Assembly (NCBI GenBank): GCA_003538775.1
Contig: DPRG01000050.1
Coordinates: 1-11,415, forward strand
DNA: 11,415 nucleotides
Origin: Thermotogota bacterium
Lineage (GTDB): Bacteria; Thermotogota; Thermotogae; UBA12178
Direction: 5' to 3'
In this document: positions 8,276 through 11,415 of the stretch, piece by piece
Position numbering within the stretch: the stretch's first letter is position 1
Layout of the letters: every line of letters begins with the position of its first letter
Program-made: the position numbers and the translations under genes
The notes under the pieces: model-generated
Told to the model about the DNA's origin: nothing
Seen by the model: only the letters and a program-made list of their open reading frames with translations
Databases searched by the model: none

Positions 8276-8308
8276 AAGTGATGACCCCGCGAGCCGGGGT
8301 CATCACTT
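8276..8308. promoter_or_regulatory. Intercistronic stem-loop between malE-like and malF-like genes (14-bp perfect stem AAGTGATGACCCCG / CGGGGTCATCACTT)
   Basis: The inverted repeat is read directly. It sits 27 nt after the malE-like stop and immediately before the malF-like start codon. Confidence 0.55.
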
Positions 8309-8334
8309 CCGTTTCACCCCTTTCTCGGCACTGC

Positions 8335-9537
8335 TCACTGGCACTTCAAGGTTTTCTTAATCGTCATTACCGCATTTTCAAGCGCTTCCTCTGGCGATTG
8401 CTTTTGACTGCAGAACAGGGTTATTGCATCTGCCCAAGCTGACCAGACGGCGCTCATCTCTGGAATCGCTGGCATCGGAATGCCAACGGCGATGTTTTCA
8501 GCAAATCCTTCGACAATCGGATCTTGTGCTACAACATCCAGAGCGGGCTTGTATGCAGGTACACGCGGATCCGCTTCATACAATGCAAGCATGGTATCCT
8601 TCGTCGCTACATAATCTTTCAAAAAGAAAGCAGCCAATGCCTTGTTCTTGCTGAACTTGCTCACCATGAATCCTTGAACGCCAACGAATGGCTTGGGAAC
8701 GTGCCCCTCCACGGTGGGAATTCTTGCAACTCCGACATCTATACCACTATTCCTCGCCCCTGCAACAGCCCAAGGACCTGTCAGTATCATACCAACCTTG
8801 CCTTCGTTGAAGAGGCTCGTCATCGTTTGATAGTCTATCCCTTCTGGAACTAATCCTTCTTTGAGCAGATCCAATAGGAGGTAGGCTCCTTTGATGGCTC
8901 CTTCGCTCGCCAAACCTATATCGCAGGGATTGAGTGTGCCGTCTGGGTTCTTTCCGAATATATACCCACCGTAAGCCGTAAAAAACGGGAAGCTGTGGTA
9001 AGGATCGGGTTGGGAAGCTTGCGTCAAGAATCCGTATTCCTTCTTTTCAGGATGTGTGAGTTTTCTGGCAATCTCTAAGAGTTCCTTCCAAGTTTTCGGA
9101 GGTGTTGGAACGAGTTTCCTGTTGTATATGAGCCCAATGGCTTCAGTAGCGTACGGCAACCCGTATATCTTGTTGCCGTAGGTGAACGCTTCTATGGCCG
9201 TTTTCACGAATTTGTCCTTGATCTCTTTCATGAAGTTCAGAGGCTCGATCAATCCATTGGCAACCAGTTGTCCCAGCCAGTCGTGAGCGCCTATTATGAT
9301 GTCCGGCCCTTCTCCAGCCGGTCCAGCAACGCTCAACTTATCTCTGATATCACCGAATGGCATTTCCTGGACTTCTACGGGCACACCGTACAATTCAGTA
9401 AATTGCTTACCCAAATCTTCAATGATCGGTTTTCTGAGCTCATCGGCCCAGATCAAGAGTTTCCCCACTTCCGATGCGAAGATAACCCCGCTCGCCACGA
9501 CCACCAAACCCAACAAGACGACCAAGAATCTCTTCAC
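8335..9537 (-). CDS. malE: Maltose/maltodextrin-type solute-binding protein (CUT1 family) with N-terminal signal peptide
   Basis: 400 aa with a GTG start at 9537 preceded by an AGGAGGTGA RBS. The N-terminus is hydrophobic (MKRFLVVLLGLVVVASGVIFA). Overall it resembles MalE-like SBPs (GKLLIWAD, GLPYATEAIGLIYN, motifs near the C-terminus). Confidence 0.88.
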   Translation of the reverse strand: MKRFLVVLLGLVVVASGVIFASEVGKLLIWADELRKPIIEDLGKQFTELYGVPVEVQEMPFGDIRDKLSVAGPAGEGPDIIIGAHDWLGQLVANGLIEPLNFMKEIKDKFVKTAIEAFTYGNKIYGLPYATEAIGLIYNRKLVPTPPKTWKELLEIARKLTHPEKKEYGFLTQASQPDPYHSFPFFTAYGGYIFGKNPDGTLNPCDIGLASEGAIKGAYLLLDLLKEGLVPEGIDYQTMTSLFNEGKVGMILTGPWAVAGARNSGIDVGVARIPTVEGHVPKPFVGVQGFMVSKFSKNKALAAFFLKDYVATKDTMLALYEADPRVPAYKPALDVVAQDPIVEGFAENIAVGIPMPAIPEMSAVWSAWADAITLFCSQKQSPEEALENAVMTIKKTLKCQ

Positions 9538-9620
9538 CCCAGTTCACCTCCTAAACCTAAACTTGAATATAATATGCAATGTCCGAAATCTTATGGTAAC
9601 TCACACTTTTCGATCACCGA

Positions 9621-10622
9621 TCACCTCCCTGTGGAACTTCTCACAATAAGCTTCGGTTTGAAGCGCACTTCATAACGTGGTGAATCGTCTCCTACTATCC
9701 TTTTTAAGAGAATAGTGGCCGCCTTCTTCCCCATTTCCACGATCGGCTGTCTAACTGTTGTAAGTCCAAGTTTTTCCGACCATTTCAAATCGTCAAATCC
9801 AACCACCCTCACATCAGTACCGAGCGTCAACCCCGATTCTTTTACGGCCTCCACAACTCCCATTGCGAGAGTGTCACAAACTGCAAAGATGTTTACAGGA
9901 AGCGTTGCCCTTTGGAGGATTTCCCTCGCAACGGTAAACGCCTCTGGGAAGCTTTCTCCAATCTCGAAAACATGAGAATTTGGAAGTGCGAGCCCCGCTT
10001 CCTTGAGAGCTTTTTCGAATCCCCGTCTTCTCTGTTCAAAAACACCACTGGCAAACTCAGGCTTGCCCTTTTCGCTTATGCTGATCAAAAACACTTCTCC
10101 TCGTTTCTCAAGCAAGTGCTTGCCAGCTAAATACCCGCCATACACGTTGTCAACGTAAACGGAATCGTACTTCTTGGAACACGCATCTACCAAAACAACT
10201 GGCTTTTTCGTCGGCACATGTCCTCCCTCAAACAGTTTTTCAGGAATGAGCGACACAAGAAGTACGCCATCACTTTGATAGGGAAAAGCGTTGGGATTAC
10301 TGTAGTCAACAAGCCGTCTTTTTGAAAACAATGGGTATATCGAACTGTCATACCAAGCATTGCTGAGCTCATCGTCTATTCCTTCGAATAAATATGCGTA
10401 GAATTCAGAACTCATGATGGGAAGAAAGATGGAAACCATATAGGTCTTGTTGGATGCTAAACTACGCGCAAATGGATTAGGACGATACCCAAGCTGTGCA
10501 ATAGCCCTGAGAACCTTCATCCGGTTCTCGGGTTTCACCGTCGGATTATTGTTGAGAACCTTAGAAACCGTTCCAAGGCTCACTCCCGCTAATCTCGCAA
10601 CATCTTTGATGCTCGGCTTCAT
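9621..10622 (-). CDS. LacI-family transcriptional regulator
   Basis: 333 aa with the N-terminal HTH IKDVARLAGVSLGTVSKVLNN and a periplasmic-binding-protein-like sugar-binding core. ATG at 10622 with a GAGAGGAGAG RBS. It is the first gene of the minus-strand cassette. Confidence 0.9.
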   Translation of the reverse strand: MKPSIKDVARLAGVSLGTVSKVLNNNPTVKPENRMKVLRAIAQLGYRPNPFARSLASNKTYMVSIFLPIMSSEFYAYLFEGIDDELSNAWYDSSIYPLFSKRRLVDYSNPNAFPYQSDGVLLVSLIPEKLFEGGHVPTKKPVVLVDACSKKYDSVYVDNVYGGYLAGKHLLEKRGEVFLISISEKGKPEFASGVFEQRRRGFEKALKEAGLALPNSHVFEIGESFPEAFTVAREILQRATLPVNIFAVCDTLAMGVVEAVKESGLTLGTDVRVVGFDDLKWSEKLGLTTVRQPIVEMGKKAATILLKRIVGDDSPRYEVRFKPKLIVRSSTGR

Positions 10623-10647
10623 CTACGGGATCTCTCCTCTCGCACGG

Positions 10648-10665
10648 AAATTAAACGTTTCATTT
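10648..10665. promoter_or_regulatory. LacI-type operator O1 (AAATTAAACGTTTCATTT, one mismatched pair)
   Basis: Palindrome centred on CG at 10656/10657, 26-43 nt upstream of the lacI-family start. It shares the AAACGTTT core with O2. Confidence 0.6.
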
Positions 10666-10762
10666 AAATGGTGGATGAAATATACATGCTCTATGCTGAA
10701 CGCTTTTCAAGGTCATAACTGATTTTGGCTCGCCACTTATCGCACTTTCTTTTTATGAGTAA

Positions 10763-10782
10763 TGAATGAAACGTTTCATTCA
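10763..10782. promoter_or_regulatory. LacI-type operator O2 (TGAATGAAACGTTTCATTCA, perfect 20-bp palindrome)
   Basis: Perfect dyad read directly in the sequence. Its centre is 116 bp from the O1 centre (~11 helical turns). A + strand TATAAT follows at 10787-10792. Confidence 0.65.
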
Positions 10783-10926
10783 AAATTATAATACAGCACC
10801 CGAGTTATGTCAAGGACATCTCGAATGCTGATCTACCCCCAGTTTTTCAGGGAGGCTTGGTTTTCAGCATGGATGGCCACATAACGACAAGATAAAGGAC
10901 TCAACTGTGAGAATCATTAAAATAAT

Positions 10927-10956
10927 CCCCTGGAAGACCATCTTCCAGGGGAGGGG
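10927..10956 (+). promoter_or_regulatory. Perfect 10-bp hairpin (CCCCTGGAAG-accat-CTTCCAGGGG) overlapping the SD (GGAGGGG) of the transposase gene
   Basis: Inverted repeat at 10927-10936 / 10942-10951. The 3' arm shares its G-run with the RBS, which sits 6-8 nt before ATG at 10963. A sequestered RBS is a common arrangement in IS elements. Confidence 0.5.
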
Positions 10957-10962
10957 AAAACC

Positions 10963-11415
10963 ATGAAGAAAAGAATCAATCCCAGAAGAATTATACTCAT
11001 TGTCAGGGACTTATTCAACCCTGTCCTTGGAAAACATGCTTTGAGGAACATGATCCTCTCCATGATAGCGATAGCTCTCAGTCCCAAGATGAGGGTAAAC
11101 GAAATATCTAGGCACTTGCCCACAAAAGTCAAAGGTGATAAGCACAAGCAAAAGAGATTACTGAGGTTTCTCGACAGAGGGATCCCCACCAGTGAGGTGA
11201 TGGAACTGTGGGCAAAGTATGTGCTGAACACACTGAAGCCAAGGGTCATCATCGTGGACGAGACAGACCTTCCGGGAGGATTCAAAGCGATAGTGGCTGC
11301 TGTTCCTTTCAGGAAGAGAGCGGTACCGATTTACTTCATGACATACAGCCATGAACAGATAGATGAGATGAAGTACCTCAGTTGGAACCAGATAGTGGAT
11401 ATGTTTGTAGATAAG
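10963..11415 (+). mobile_element. DDE transposase gene of an IS element (IS4/IS5-superfamily-like, family uncertain), 5' partial CDS running off the window
   Basis: Open frame of 151 codons from ATG at 10963 with no stop before the window end. It is absent from the ORF track because it has no stop in the window. The basic N-terminus (MKKRINPRRIILIVRDLFNPVLGKHALRN...) and the motif VIIVDETDL are consistent with the first catalytic Asp region of DDE transposases. The track's minus-strand ORFs here are antisense artefacts. Confidence 0.6.

Noticed and set aside
8424-8853. ORFs antisense to malE (8424-8654, 8524-8853), plus 9268-9675, 9296-9649, 9715-9975, 9912-10130, 10187-10372 and 10447-10722 in the malE/lacI region
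   Set aside because: They are antisense or out of frame relative to CDSs with strong homology signatures. The 10447-10722 ORF would run across both operators.
9538-9620. Searched for LacI operator or strong promoter between the lacI-family and malE-like genes; noted tandem GATCACCGATCACC at 9612-9625
   Set aside because: No AAACGTTT-type palindrome is present. Only weak -35/-10 candidates appear, and the tandem 7-mer overlaps the lacI stop codon and is probably coincidental.
10917-11352. Minus-strand ORFs 10917-11285 and 11158-11352
   Set aside because: They are antisense to the open + strand transposase frame, which has an RBS and a DDE-like motif. The 10917 ORF would start inside the hairpin/RBS region.
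1-11415. Looked for CRISPR arrays, tRNA/rRNA genes and long tandem repeats
   Set aside because: No repeat-spacer periodicity, no tRNA-like T-loop/acceptor features and no rRNA-like segments were seen.

Overview
This window looks like chromosomal DNA from a Thermotogae-type genome, because the proA and proB products closely resemble the Thermotoga maritima proteins. It contains four blocks, listed in order.

- **Proline biosynthesis (+ strand).** proA (gamma-glutamyl phosphate reductase) and proB (glutamate 5-kinase with a PUA domain) form a tightly coupled pair that ends in a bidirectional rho-independent terminator.
- **Iron-related island.** A small Cys-rich zinc-ribbon-like protein and a VIT1/CCC1-family membrane protein with an N-terminal ferritin-like domain lie on the - strand. 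A divergent promoter region separates them from a + strand encapsulin-type ferritin-like cargo protein (EncFtn/Flp: ExxH motifs, C-terminal GS-rich targeting tail). Next comes only the first ~60 codons of a family-1 encapsulin shell gene, which breaks off where the next cassette begins.
- **Maltodextrin-type uptake/utilisation cassette (- strand).** The order is lacI-family regulator, malE-like binding protein, malF-like permease, malG-like permease, then an intracellular GH13 (cyclomaltodextrinase/neopullulanase-like) hydrolase. There is no ATPase gene. Two LacI-type palindromic operators (TGAATGAAACGTTTCATTCA and a one-mismatch copy) sit upstream of lacI, about 11 helical turns apart.
- **IS element at the 3' edge.** A partial DDE transposase gene is preceded by a perfect 10-bp hairpin that overlaps its ribosome-binding site.

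The most interesting reading is that the encapsulin nanocompartment locus has been broken. The cargo gene is intact but the shell gene is truncated exactly at the boundary of a carbohydrate cassette that is flanked by a regulator and an IS element, which looks like an insertion or rearrangement.
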